Below are positions 39,501 to 53,225 of a DNA stretch of 64,000 nucleotides, piece after piece (the first letter of the stretch is position 1; every line of letters begins with the position of its first letter). The stretch is from NCBI RefSeq assembly GCF_963921235.1, contig NC_086118.1, positions 16,122,001-16,186,000 of the forward strand, read 5' to 3'. The translations under genes and the position numbers were made by a program. The notes beneath the pieces were generated by a model. That model was not told the DNA's origin. It searched no databases and worked only from the letters and a program-made list of their open reading frames with translations. This stretch comes from Mobula hypostoma (taxonomy: Eukaryota).

Positions 39501-40344
39501 CTGAAAGAGACAGATGATAAATTAAATATACAGATGAACGGAGGTAACAGCTTCAAATGGAAGCTCGGTAGCATAGGGGGTTTTAACTGATTCCCTCCTC
39601 TCTTCATGAAAATTCTTCCCTCCCCCTTTGAAGGTAATAATTTTGCCTCTTCAAGATTAGCACGTCTATATCGCTACCATAATTTGTCAAGAAAGCCATC
39701 CTCCATGTTCATGATCAAGAATATGTTGACAGGTTACGGAGAAATAAAGTAGGTTCTTTGACAGCTCCGCTGAAACAAGTTGCTACGAGGAACTGGAAGA
39801 TAAGTGTAGTGTGTTTAAGGAATGATATGCTCCCAAGATTCATATCTGGACATATTATTTCCTTCATCAGAACTTAGCAGTTTCTTATTTTATTAGGATA
39901 GCAACTTTACTGCATGGGCCACAGCAATTCAGACCCAAGAATGATCCATCTACCAGCGCATCTAATTTACCAAATTGATTTGTGCTTATTGGGGCAACCT
40001 ACGCAGAGTGCTAAAATATTACAAGGCAACTTGTTTTCCTTTTGGAATATTTCCAGTTTTTGTATCTTCCTTAACCAATGGAATGGATAGTACAATGAGA
40101 TTGACAGCAATTCTTTATTCAGACATCAGGAAAAGACACCAGCTGAAAATGGCAGCTGTTCAGAAAAGCTGAACTGATATGAACCCCAACTCTTCTCCAC
40201 AATGTCCCATGCTAAGAAAACACACACAATTGAGAGTACAGAAACAAGAGGTTTTCCTAAAATAAAAATTCTATATTTCTATATTAAGTATGATTGGTCA
40301 GTGGTGATGTTTAAGAATGGATTATAGATAAATGGAGGCCCCAC

Positions 40345-40445
40345 TTGCAAATCTCTTACTATCTCTTCTTTCAGTTAGTCCTGACGAAGGATCTCGGCCT
40401 GAAATGTCCACTGCTTCTTCCTATGGATGTTGTCTGGCCTGTTGA
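40345..40445 (+). mobile_element. Short Penelope-like terminal remnant with hammerhead motif (40376-40413)
   Basis: TAGTC-CTGACGA-AGGATCTCGGCCT-GAAA-TGTC-CACTG. Confidence 0.7.
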
Positions 40446-40538
40446 ATTTAAATCTTCAACAAGTTTTGCAGATAATCATTGAAAATAAACTGGTAATGAA
40501 ATATACACTCTATAAGATCAGCTTGAATTGAATATTCT

Positions 40539-43500
40539 TCTTGTGTATATGGCCTGTTACACAACAATGCTATTAATAAAAACGCTGGAGACGGGAGCTA
40601 CATTTCATGGTTCTTTACTGGCAGAATCTGAACTCGACACACACACATACAGATCAACATGCGCTTAATAGCGCATGCTCAATAAGTGCCTTATAGCACA
40701 TGCTACGACGTGTTACTACAACATAAAGTAGTCCCTTATTATAACGTAGGCCATACGGTACACTCCTCCCCTTTTATTTTAATAGTGTATCAATTTTTTT
40801 TTACTGTGGCACTACGCTAAACAAATATGTTTACCCTTAACATACAACACCTACCATTAGTAACTTAATAATATCAAATTATAACAAGCCTTTTTTTTTA
40901 AACTTTTGGTCTAAGACCCATTTATAACTCAAGTCTCTGGGGGGGGGGGGGGGTCTTCTCTGCCTCTCCGGGTAATGTCTGTCCTGAAACATTTGCTTTG
41001 GGGAATGAGTCTCCACAAGTACATCAGGTGGGTCCTCAGCACTGATGACAGGCTTATCTGTAGATGAGACTGATGTGGTCAGATCAGGAGTGTTTGCTTC
41101 TATGTCCGGGGAGCCTGGGCAAAGTGTTGTTGTGTTTTTCACCTGAGCATTCAGGATTTGGTCCACATGATGTGCTTCTATGTCATGGGAGTGTGGGCAA
41201 GGTATTGTTGTGTTTTTCACCTTAGCATCCAAGATTTGGTCCACATGACGTCTCCATACTTTCTCTCCCACCTGTACCCTATACATCAGTGGCCCATCTA
41301 TGACGGAAATTGCACCCGGTTGCCACTTCAGTCCAGTAATCACGTGCAAGAACTGACTGTCCCACACTGAAGCTCTAAATTGACTCAGCATTCAAGTGTT
41401 TGAACTGTCTGTTCTCCACATCACGCTGAACATCTGGTTTGAGAAGATCCATGCAGGACCGCAGGCTCCTGTTCAGAAACATCATTGCTGGAGTCTGATT
41501 AGTGGTTGCATGTACGACATTACGATAGGCAAGGAAGTTGTCTATCTTGCGTTGTAGTGGTCGATTTCCGCTGTCCATTGCCTTGATGGTTTTCTTGAAT
41601 ATCTGTACAAATCTTTCTGCCAAGCCACTTGTGGATCAATGGTAAGAGACAGATGTAAAGTGCTTGATTCCATTGTCCTGGAACAAAATTTTGGAATTCT
41701 TCAGAGGCAAATTGTCGTCCATTGTCTGTACAGATTTGTTCTGCTATGCCATTCCTGGCGAACATGGTCCTCAAAACTATAATGGTCTTTTCCGATGTGG
41801 TTGTCTTCATTTTGATGACCTCTGGCCATTTGGAATGTGCATCGATGGAGATTAAAAAGATGGAGTCCATGAATGGTCTAGCAAAGTCGATGTGCACTCG
41901 CTGCCATGGTGATGAGGGCACTCCCATGGATGGAGAGGGGTTTGTGGTGGTGTGTTCTGGATGTTCTGACATCCAGAGCAGATCTTGGCCAAGCCCTCAA
42001 TCTGCTCATCAATTCCTGGCCACCACACATAGGCACAGGCAAGAATTTTCATCTTCACAGTACCCAGGTACCCCTTGAGCAGTTCCTCCAGCACTCTGCT
42101 GCATAGCTTGGGAGGAATCACAACTCGTGAACCACACATTAGTGTTCCCCGACACACTGACAACTGCTCCTTCCTCGCTGAGAAGGCTGGAAACAGTGTG
42201 TTACCCCACACTGGCCATCCCTTTACCGTGATGTCGTATACTTTTGACAACATCGAGTCATTGCATGTTTCCCTTTCAATGACGCTGTTTGTCACTGGTA
42301 ATTTTTCGAACATTGTTGTGTGAAAGACCTCTGCTGAATCCATTTGGGTAGCTATCTCTGAAGTTGGCAGTGGTAAACATGACAAACCATCTGCGTTGCC
42401 ATGTTGCTTGGTCCCCTTGTGTTCAGTGTCATACCTGTGACCGCCTAAGAAGAGACCATTGCTGTAGCCTTTGTGCTGTCATCACTGGAACACCTTTCCT
42501 TGGGTTGAATATTGACACGAGAGGCTGATGGTCAGTCAACAGAGTAAACTTTTGGTCATACACGTAGTGACTGAATTTCTTGACTCCCCACATGAGGATT
42601 AGGGCCTGTCAATCTGTGCACTGTTGCGTTCAGCTGAAGTTAGCTTTCTTGAGGCAAAGGCTATTGGTCTTTCTGAGCCATCTGGAAGCTTGTGCGATAA
42701 CACAGCTCCTATCCCATGGGGCGAGGCATCACAAGCTAGTCAGATTGGTAAGGAGGGGTCAAAGTGTGTGAGCACCCCTTCTGAAGTTGAGACTTTTACT
42801 TTCTTGAAACGCTTTCTCACAGCTCTCAGTCCACTTCCATTGTGTCCCTGTCTGTAATAGTGCATTTAGTGGGTGTAGGACCGTGGATAGGTGAGGCAAG
42901 AACTTGTGGTAATAGGTCACTAGTCCAAGATAAGCTCTCAGCTGAGACACATTTTCAGGTGGTGGTGCCTTAAGCACCGCTTCTATCTTGTCTTGAGACA
43001 TGTGTAAGCCATTCTTGTTGACAACATACTCACAGTATGAGATTTTCTTTTTGAAAAACTTACATTTCTGTCGATTAGCTCAGAGCCCATATTCTTGTAA
43101 CCTGGTGAGTACTTGTTCAAGGTTAGAAAGATGTTCGTTGTCATCTTTGCTGGTGACAATGATGTCATCCAGGTAACACTGAGTCCCTGGAATCCCCTGC
43201 AGAACCTGGTCCATCACCCTTTGCCAGATTGCAGGAGCTGAAGCTATCCCAAACATCAACCAGTTGTACTGGTAAAGTCTTTTGTGTGTATTTATTGTCA
43301 GGAATTTCTTGGATGCTTCACTGATTTTCATTTGGAGATAAGCCTGGGCCAGTTCAATTTTTGTGAAATGTTCCCCTCCTGACAGGGATGCAAAAATGTC
43401 TCAATACGAGGTAGAAGATACCGTACTGTGTGGAGAACTGGGTTAACAGTTACTTTAAAGTCACCACATATACGCACCCTGCTTGGTTTTCCTGGTTTTG

Positions 43501-45336
43501 TGCTGGAGGCTTTCTTCATCACCAGAAAAATAGGCGTGGCCCATTCACTCCAATCCACCTTTGTCAGGGACCCCAGTCTGCTCCAGATTTTTCAGCTCTA
43601 CCTCTACTGTAGGATGGATTGCATGTGGCACTGGCCTGGCTTTGTGAAATTTTGGACATGCATTTTCCTGAATCTCAATCCTTGCCTTCATGCCCTGAAG
43701 TGTTCCTATTCCTCTCATGAATCCTTCCTCAGAGTCAACAAGTATTTGCGACAGTCTCTCAGATGTAGCCTTGCTGCCCTCCTTTGCTGACACATCTAGT
43801 GCCTTGATGGTGTGCCAATCCAACTGGATTTTCCTGAGCCATTCACCTCCCAGCAACAGTGGTCCTCCATTTTTTAGTACATAGAGGTTCAGCTGCTGTG
43901 TTTTGTCTCCGTAGGTCACTGTCACTTTAATTTTACCTTTGGAACACACTTTCCGTCCTGTGCAAGTCTTTAGCAGTAGTTTAGTTTGTTTCAGAGGTAT
44001 GTGAGAAAACAGTCGATTGTAGTCGGGTACAGAAATCACTGTTAAAGCTGAGCCTGTATCTAACTCCATTTTCAGTCTCACACCTGCTACTTGTGTAGTG
44101 ATCCATATTACTCTTCAATCATCTGTCTCTTTCACACTGTGAAGTTGCAGCAAGACAATTCACTTTTGGCTGAGTCGTTTTCAATTTGTGTACATGGTTT
44201 TATTTTCCTTTCTGGGGTTTCTTGTTTCTCTGTATTTTGTCCTTTTTCTGCTGTTTACTAGCTTTGCATACTCTGCCAGTGTGGCCCTGTTTGCCACAGT
44301 TTTGGCATTCTTTGTCTTTAAACCAATAGTCATCAAGGTCATGTGACATGTTCCCACAATGGTAACATTTCTTTCCTTCATTTCTGTTCAGTGACATTTT
44401 ATTTGTAGCATATTCTAGTTATTTTTGTTGCATCTCTGAAGCACCCCGTGCTGCTGTTTCCATTGATATTGCAATGTTCAGCGCCTTCCCTAATGTTAGG
44501 CCTTTTTCACACAGGAGCTTCTTCTGTGTGGTTCCACACTGCATGCCACACACTAACCCATCCCTCAATGCATCTGATAGACCAGCTCCAAATTGACAAT
44601 GTTCTGATAATTTGCGCAATTCAGCACAATATTCAGAAATGCTTTCTTTTTGCCTTGATTCCATTTGTGAAATCTAAATCTTTCAGCAATGACCAGTGGT
44701 CTGGGGTTTAAATGCTGTTGGAGAGTGTCTACTATTTGCTTGAACGTTTTGTCAGCTGGCTTTTCAGGGGTTAACAAACTCCGTAGCAGCCAGTATGTTT
44801 TTGCTCCCTTAATACTGAGATGCTGGCTTTCTTTTCATCATTAACACTGTTCGCATCACAATATAACTCCACTCTTTCAATGTAAATTGCCAAGTCTTCA
44901 ATGCCACTATCAAATGCTGTAATGGTTCCAATCATCGCCATCTTTGTTATGTTAATTTAGCCCCATTCTCCCCTTGTTTTCTCTTTGACTCATATGTCCT
45001 TTTTGCTAGCGCAATGACGCACTCTGTCTAGAATCTCTCTCTTCTCCTCTGAGTGTTGTTATCAACTAAAACATGGCATTCCAATAAGATGTAGGTTCAT
45101 AATTCTCGTTGTCAATTTGTTGTGCATGTGGCCTGGTTACACAACAATGCTATTAATAAAACCGCTGGAGACGGGAGCTAAGTTTCATGGTTCTATGCTG
45201 GCAGAATCCAAACTCGACACACACAGATCAATACACGCCTACTTGCGCATGCTCAATACGCGCCTTATAGCGCATGCCATGACGTGCTACTAAAACATAA
45301 AGTAGTCCCTTATTATAACGTAGGCTATATGGTACA
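40539..45336 (-). mobile_element. Full-length degenerate Ty3/Gypsy retrotransposon with both LTRs
   Basis: LTRs 45118-45336 and 40539-40762; flanks ATTCT/ATTTT; PBS-like TTGACAACGAG; PPT GGGGGAGGAG (40763-40772); gag with CYHCG..H and CQNCGKQGHTGRVC knuckles; protease MELDTGS; RT YLDD; integrase WQRVHIDF, TDNG, AERFVQ; many frameshifts. Confidence 0.95.
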
Positions 45337-46234
45337 ATTTTCATTACTGCTCAATGAATCCAAACCCCAGATGATGTTTTGCACACTTTAGCTGGACAGC
45401 GTAAATCTAATGCAAGTAGATACTGCAATGCCTAAATTTACTGGATGGATAAAGAGCAACAACTACACAAACTAAAAGCTCAAGGCACATTGGAATGTCT
45501 GCAAAGAAATTTGTTGGGATTTTTGTTTTAAGAGTACAAATCTATTCCAAGAGGAAGACAAAGTATCACATCTCAATCTCACTAAATTTAAAACTCCAAA
45601 CCAAGATTATTTTACAACTTAAAGAACTTCAATATACCTCTTGTTTAAGAAAATTGACTATTTCTTGCTCCACCACAACAATGCAAAGAATTGTTAATAA
45701 TTAAGTATTTCAGGTTTCAATTAAATATTTAAGTAAATACAAAAATAATTCACTTGGGTTGAATCAGGTCATCAAGTGCCCAACTCACCATTTTGTTCAC
45801 TATCATTACATTATTTGCTTTATTCACACTGTCAGATGTCAACGTGGCAGTTGCAGTAATCTTGTAAATTACATTCAGTAGAAATAAAACAAGCTAGCTT
45901 TTTAAGGGAATATTAGAACAGCAGTTTTCATCTGAACTGAAGCCTCAAAATTGGATTATGGTACAAAAGAGATCAGTGTACACAACACAAGAAAAATGAA
46001 GGCAAAGGGAAGATTGCAGTTACAGTGCACATTTTGAGTAATGTCATATATAATGATATCCAGGGGGTAACTGAAGTACAGAGAATGTTCATAACAGGTG
46101 GTTTGACAGAAGAAAGGAAATGTAATTGAAAAATAAATAGCTAAGCAAAATAAAACTTTCTGTATTTTGCTGACTCAATTTAAGTCAAGAATTAAAGACT
46201 TTTTTTTGCCCCAAAAGGTCCAGAGTAGCTTTTA

Positions 46235-46470
46235 CTGCTTATAATACCAGGTCGATTCCCGTTGCTATCTGTAAAGAATTTGCATGTTTTCCAATGACAG
46301 TGTGGGTTCCCTCTGGGTGGTCTGGTTTCCTCCCATATTCCAAAAACATACAGGTTATGGGTAGTAAGTTGTGGGCATGCTATGTTGGCAACTGAAGTGA
46401 CACTGTAGCTGCCCCCAGTATATCCTCGGACTGTGTTGGTCCTTGACGTAAATCATGCATTTCACTGTGT
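46235..46470 (+). mobile_element. V-SINE-like element
   Basis: TTTGCATGTTTTCC..GTGTGGGTTCCCTCTGGGTGGTCTGGTTTCCTCCCATATTCCAAAAACAT resembles the V-domain; B-box-like GGTCGATTCCC upstream. Confidence 0.7.
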
Positions 46471-46471
46471 C

Positions 46472-48025
46472 CTTTGGTGCTATAAAGTTTGTGAACCTTA
46501 TAGAATTTTCTCTATTTCTGCATAAATTACTTAGAATGTGATCAGATCTTCATGCAAATCCAAAAACTAGATAAAGTGAACTTGATCAAATAAATAACAA
46601 AAACATTATTCTTGTTCATTTATTTATTGAGAAAAATGATCCAATATTACACGTATTTGTTGGGAAAAGCATGTGAACCTTTGCTTTCAGTAACTGGTGT
46701 GACCCACTTGTACAGCAATAACTCCAACCACAGGTTTCCGGTAACTGTTCATCAGCCCTGCACATTAGCATGGAGGAATTTCAGGCATTCGTCCTTATAA
46801 AACTGTTTCAGCTCTGGGATGTTGGTGTGTTTCACTGCAGGAACTGATTGCTTCAGGTCTTTCCACAACACTTCTTTAGTATTAAGGTCACAACTGTGAC
46901 TCAGCCATTCCAAAACACAAATTTTATTCTTTTTAAACCATTCTGTTGTTGATTTACTCTAGTCTTTTGAATCATTGCCTTGTTGCATTATCCAACTTCT
47001 ATTAAGCTTCAGGTGACGGACTACTACCCTGGCATTCTCCTGTAAAATGTCTGATACAATTTTGAATTCTTTGTTCCCTCAACGATGCAAGCTGTCCCGG
47101 CCCTGTCGTAGCAAAGCAGCCCCAAACCAAGATGCTCCTTCCACCATGTTTCACAGTTGGGATGAGGTTTTGGTGTTGGTGTGCAGTGCCCCTTTATCCT
47201 CCAAACATAGCAATGTGCATTTCTGCCAAGAGGTTCAACTTTTGTCTCATCTGTCCACAGAACATTGTCCCAGAAGCATTGTAGAACATGCAGGTGGTCT
47301 TTTGCAAACTTGAGACATGCAACAAAGCATTGTTTTCTTCTTTGGTGTCCTTACAGGAACACCATTCTTGTTCAGTGTTTTTCTTATAGTGGTCACATGA
47401 ACAGACACTGTAGCAAGTTCTAGAGATTTCAGCAGGTCTTCTGCTGTTACCCTTGGGTTCTTTTTCACCTCCTTCAGCATTGCACATTGTGCTCTTGGTG
47501 TGATCTTTGCAGGGAGAGTAGCAACCTCTATTTGTAGACAATTTCTCTTACTGTGGACTGATGATGTCTTTAGAAATGCTTTTGTAGCCTTTTCCAGTTT
47601 CATGCATCTCTACAATTCTTCTTCTAAGGTCCTCTGAAAGTTGCTTTGTCGAGACATGGTGCACATAAACAGATCTTTAAGAGCAGACTCTGTCAGTCAC
47701 TTGATTTGGTACATCTTTTTAATAGGGCAGGGCACCTCTACAACCCATACCTCAATCTCTTCTCATTGATTGGAACACTTGACTCCAAATAGCTTTTGTA
47801 GAAGATATTACCCCAGAGGTTCACATACCTTTCCCAACAAATGAATGCAACATTGGGTCATTTTTCTCAAAAATAAATGAAGTATGATGTTTTTGTGATA
47901 TATATTGAATTGGGTTGTCTTTATCTAGACGTGGGATTTACATGAAGATCTGATCACATTTTAGGTCACATTTGTGCAGAAATAGAGTAAATTCTACAGG
48001 GTTCACAAACTTTCTAGCACCACTG
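46472..48025 (-). mobile_element. Tc1 transposon (second family), inactivated, internally deleted
   Basis: Long IRs TGGTGCTATAAAGTTTGTGAACC / GGTTCACAAACTTTCTAGCACCACTG-TA with inner repeats; remnants KEVKKNPRVTAEDL..TTIRKTLNKNG and VLWTDETKVE. Confidence 0.9.
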
Positions 48026-48177
48026 TATGAGAAATAAAGCACCTGCACCAATACTACAGTGTGACCTTGGAGGCAAGTTGAAAATCGTTAACTGCTACTG
48101 TAACAAAAACAGGAGAGGAAGAAAAGTGAAATGTGCCAACAAGATATTTTAACTGTAAAGATTTGAAAAATTCTTAC

Positions 48178-48326
48178 CACAAATTAACAAAGTTGATGAA
48201 GCTGGGAGAAAACTCCCTCTCCTCAGAATTGCTGAGTTGCGGAGGATCACCTTTTACTACCTGGGTTAGCTGATCAAATACACTGTTCCATTTTGGATAT
48301 GGGAATCGTCCAGTGGCTAACTCATA
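48178..48326 (-). CDS. MAP2K4: MAP2K4 coding exon (149 nt)
   Basis: ttttctag | YELATGRFPYPKWNSVFDQLTQVVKGDPPQLSNSEEREFSPSFINFVNL(C) | gtaaga. Confidence 0.97.
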
Positions 48327-48499
48327 CTAGAAAATAGAATAAAAAGGGTAAACTTTATAAAACAAGTAATTCTTGATTAAGATAATCACTTGTATTCAAA
48401 TCTTTTAACGATGATCAGAAAAATCTAAATTTTGCATGCTGATGTTTATTTTATTTAACTTGCAGCACATTAATTACAATACATTATAACAGTACTTAC

Positions 48500-48577
48500 T
48501 AATGTGATTCCCAAACTCCAAACGTCTGACCGCACATCATAGCCTTGTCTTGAAGCACTTGGATCTATTCTTTCAGG
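48500..48577 (-). CDS. MAP2K4: MAP2K4 coding exon (78 nt), kinase subdomains VIII-IX
   Basis: cctgaaag | PERIDPSASRQGYDVRSDVWSLGITL | gtaagt; 173-bp intron to the next exon. No further upstream exon found in the window. Confidence 0.97.
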
Positions 48578-50054
48578 CTTTCAGGGGTGGGAAGAAACAC
48601 AAGAGATACATACTTAAACCAACTGCAGCAAGCACTCATAGTCAAGCTAGGAATCTCAAACAAAATTAACATACAATTTCTGAAAAATACAAATGGTATT
48701 TTTTTCTTAAACCACATTGTTATCCTGTTTTTTTGCCACTGACCTTTCAAAAAACACACTGAAATGGATACACAAAGTATATTCTGAACACTGAAATACC
48801 CGTTTCCCTTGGTTTTGATTCTATCCAGCAATTTTCCTAAAGAACTGGTCAAGCTTACAAATGGTCCAGGAACACTTGAATCCAAAATTTATTGACTCAA
48901 TACACTTAAGTCAAGATGTTCTGAGAATCTAATAAATGAAATACATTTTTCAAGGCTCAGTTTAACAAGCAGCGTTTCCACTGATCATATTTTAAGGAAA
49001 AATTTACAGGCGATACGTTACTGAACTTCAGATGTCACCTAGATCAACTTAGCTACTACATATTCTTGCAGTAAAGTATTACAATTGTGCACTATTCTCA
49101 AGTATATAAACCTCAAGCATATTCAATACATTTTCTGACTGACAAAATAACAAATCAAAGGATACACTAGTTTTAAATATAAAAATTCCCTCGAGACAAC
49201 AGTAACATTTGTAAAATGATACTTAGAGTCTGTTTAATATTTTCAGTCCTCATCTGTCTATTAATTTGCTTCTATTTATGCTATTCCACATCTATGAAAA
49301 TTTTATTTTTTCAGGAGCCTTACAAACTTCAGTTTAAGTTCTAACATTTTAAAACAGATTTATATTTGGAAGAGGTAGACCAATAAATCAACCTACTACT
49401 TAACTAGTACAAAAATTAAATGGAACCTACGCATGCAAAGCCACTCTCAAAACTTTGGGTTATTTAAGAAAAACAAAACACTGCTCGAGGAACTCAGCAG
49501 GTCAGGCAGCTTGTGTGGAGAGAAATGGACAGTTTGTGTTTCTGGGTGAGACCTTTCATCTGAATTCCTGCAGCAGCTTATTTGTTTACTGCAGATTCCA
49601 GCATCCACAGCTTCATGTCTCCAAATTAATTATTTAATTTAGATTGCCAAAAAGAGTGGAATTAAGAAGGTTCTTGCCATTTCAAGCAGAAATAATATTT
49701 TGGATTTTATTCCCCCTCACCCAAATATAATTACTGGCGAGGTTTCAATTGTAACATACTGTAGTTACATTATTTACCAAGCACCTTGATTGCACAACTA
49801 GTGCTCCTGATAAATCAGTAAAACTGTGAAACATTTCATAAACAACAGAATATCTGCAGATGCTGGAAATCTAAGTAACACACAAAATGCTGGCCTGCTG
49901 AGTTCCTCCAGCACTTCATGTGTGTTGCAAATATTTTATAGATCATATTTTAACATGCTCCAGTTTTATGCAAGCAAAAACAGAAAACAAAACTCCACTC
50001 TCTGTTCTGCAAATATTAACCTTTTCATAAAAACTAGATTTCTCTGAGATTTTT

Positions 50055-50840
50055 AATTTTGGAGTCAGTGTTTTACAGCACAGTGACAGGCACTTTGACC
50101 CACTGCACCTATGTTGTCATGTTTATTGATACTATTTCATACCCTCCATGCATCATTCCTGCCTCCTTTACTACCCATGACAGCACATTCCAGATGCCAA
50201 CTTATTGTGTATGTGGTTACCCCTCAGATCCCTTTAAAATCCTTCCGCTCATCTTAAACCCATGCTCCCTAATTTCCGACACCTACCTTAACAAACAGCC
50301 ATTGGCTAGCTACCTTGTCCATACCTCCCAAATCTACACATTTCTAACTTGTCACCTCTTGCTTAACTCTGGGAAAATAAACCCAATCTATCCAATATCT
50401 CTATAACTCAAGCCCTTCAATTCAGGCAGCATCCTTGTGAATCTTTATTGCACTTTTTCTGGCTTAATTACATTCTTCCCTATAGGGTGACAACTAAAAC
50501 TGCAAATATTCCAAGTGCAACATAACTAATGTTTTGCACAAATGTGATATGATGACTCAGACTTTATATTCAGTGCCTCACATGGGAAAGCAAGCATGCC
50601 CTGTGTCTTCCTTACCAGCTATCTACTGTGCTGCCACTTTTGTGAACTATATGCTTATACTCCAAGGTGTCTCTGTTCAACAGCACTGCGAGGCCCTGTA
50701 CTGTGCACACCCTGCCCTTGTTTCACTTCCCAAAATGTCAGAGTTGCTACTTCCCTTTGACCATTTTCCCTGCTGGTCGATAGCATGTGGTAACATTAGG
50801 TAACCTTATTCACTGTTCACCAATTTTGGTGCCATCTATG
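50055..50840 (-). mobile_element. Old degenerate CR1 fragment
   Basis: GGCAGCATCCTTGTGAATCT and AACTGCAAATATTCCAAGTG are CR1 RT C-terminal remnants on minus. Confidence 0.65.
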
Positions 50841-50844
50841 AGTC

Positions 50845-51490
50845 AATGGTAAATACAATGTTAGCATTCATTTTGAGAGGACTAGAATACAAGGCAAGGA
50901 AGTAATACTGAGGCTTTATAGGACATTGGTTAGTCTGCACTTGGGAGTATTATGAGCAATTCTGATCCCCTTATCTAAGAAAAGATGTACTGGCATTGGA
51001 GAGGGTCCAGAGGAGGTTCACAGGAATGATCTCAGGAATGAAAGGGTTCACATATGAGGAGCTTTTGATGGCTCTGGGTCAGTACTTGCTGAAGTCTAGA
51101 AGAATGAAGGGTGGTCAGGAGAGGAAAAGGAGATCTCATTGAAAGGCTTAGATATGAATGGATGTGGAGAGAATGTTTTCAGTACTGGGGGAGTCTAGCA
51201 CCGGAGGCCACAGCCTCAGAATTGAGGGACATCCACAGAGAACAGAGACTAGGAAAAATTTCTTTAGACAGGGGGTGGTGAATCTGTGGAATTCATTGCT
51301 ACAGACAGTTGAACAGACCAGTTCATTGGGTCTAATTAAGGTGGAGATTGATAGGTTCCAGATTAATCAAAGCATCAAAGGTTATGGGGAGAAGGCAGGA
51401 GAATGGGGGTTGAGAGGGATAATAAATCAGAAATGAGGGGATGGCAGAGCAGATTTGATGGGCTGAATGGTCTAATTCTACTCTTATGTT
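50845..51490 (+). mobile_element. CR1 3' fragment
   Basis: GHSLRIEG..KNFFRQGVVNLWNSL and CR1 tail. Confidence 0.85.
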
Positions 51491-51639
51491 AACAGGGCTG
51501 CACATTAGTTAACTACTGCCATCATAACAAAATGTTCAAATCTGGAATAACTATTGCAAGTAATAGTGAACTGACACAAAATAACTAAAATTGAAGATAG
51601 ATATTTGTCACCATCATCCACAGACAAAAATAAACCTGA

Positions 51640-53225
51640 ACGACTAGTGGTGTTCTGCAGGGATTGGTACTGGTACCACTTCTTTTTATGCTGTACTTTA
51701 ATGATGGAATACATGGCTTTGTTGCCAAATTTGCAGATGAAATGAAGATTGGTGGAGGGGCAGGTAGTGTTGAGGAACAGGCTGCAGGTGGACTTAGATT
51801 AGGAGAATGGGCAAGAAAGTGGCAAATGAAATATAATGTTGCAAAGTGCCTGACTGAATTTTTTGAGGATGTGACTAAATACATTGATGAAGGTAGAGCC
51901 GTAGATGTAATGTATATGGATTTTAGCAAGGCTTTTGATAAGGTACCCCATGCAAGGTTTATTGAGAAAGTAAGGAGGCATGGGATCCAAAGGGACATTG
52001 CTTTGTGGATCCAGAACTGGCTTGCCCACAGAAGGCAAAGTGTGGTTGTAGACGGGTTATATTCTGCATGGAGGCTGGTGACCAGTGGTGTGCCTCAGGG
52101 ATCTGTTCTGGGACCCCTACTCGTTGTGATTTTTATAAATGACCTGGACGAGGAAGTGGAGGGATTGGTTAGTAAATTTGCTGACGACACAAAGGTTGGG
52201 AGTGTTGTGGATATTGTGGAGGGCTGTCAGAGTTTACAGCAGGACACTGATAGGATGCAAAACTGGGCTGAGATGTGGCAGATGGAGTTCAACCCAGATA
52301 AGTGTGAGGTGGTTCATTTTGGTAGGTCAAATATGATGGCAGAATATAGCATTAAAGGCAAGACTCTTAGCTGTGTGGAGGATCAGAGGGATCTTGGGGT
52401 TCGAGTCCATAGGACAACCAAAGCTGCTACGTAGGTTGATTCTGTGATTAAGAAGGCGTACGGTGCATTGGCCTTCATCAACTGTAGGATTGAGTTTAAG
52501 AGCCGAGAAGTAATGTTGCAGCTATATAGGACCCTGGTCAGACCCCACTTGGAGTACTGTGCTCAATTCTGGTCACCTCTCTACAGGAAGGACGTGGAAA
52601 CCATAGAAAGGGTGCAGAGGAGATTTACAAGGATATTGCCTGGATTGGGGAGTATGCCTTATGAGAATAGGTTGAGTGAACTCGGCCTCTTCTCCTTGGA
52701 GTGATGGAGGATGAGAGGTGACCTGATAGAGGTGTATAAGATGATGAGAGGCATTGATTGTGTGGATAGTCTGAGACTTTTTCCCAGGGCTGAAATGGCT
52801 AGCATGAGAGGGCATAGTTTTATGATGCTTGGGAGTAGGTACAGAGGAGATGTCAGGGGCAAGTTTTTTTTTTTTAAAAACTCAAGAGAGTGGTGAGTGC
52901 ATGGAATGGGCTGCCGACAGCAGCGGTGGAGGCAGAAACAATAGGGTCTTTTAAGAGACTCCTGGATGGATACATGGAGCTGAGAAAAATAGAGTGCTGT
53001 GGGTAAGCCTAGGTAGTTCTAAGGTAAGGACATGTTTGGCACAGCTTTGTGGGCCAAAGGGCCTGTATTGTGCTGTAGGTTTTCTATGTTTCTAAACCTG
53101 TAGTAGAAAAAAATGTGCAGACTATTTTCTAAGAGGGGGAGAAAATCCAAAATCTGAGCAGTGAAGGGACTTGGGAGTTCTTGTGCAGGACACCTTAACG
53201 GTTAACTTGGAAGTTCAGTCAGTGG
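51640..53225 (+). mobile_element. CR1 fragment containing a second CR1 (~51850-53094)
   Basis: ORF 51664-52434 has the KFAD(D/E) motif twice, indicating a chimera of two nested copies; inner copy ends TTTCTATGTTTCTA; outer sequence resumes ~53100. Confidence 0.85.

Noticed and set aside
51664..52434. 256-aa ORF with an apparently duplicated RT motif
   Set aside because: In-frame junction of two nested CR1 fragments, not a novel protein.
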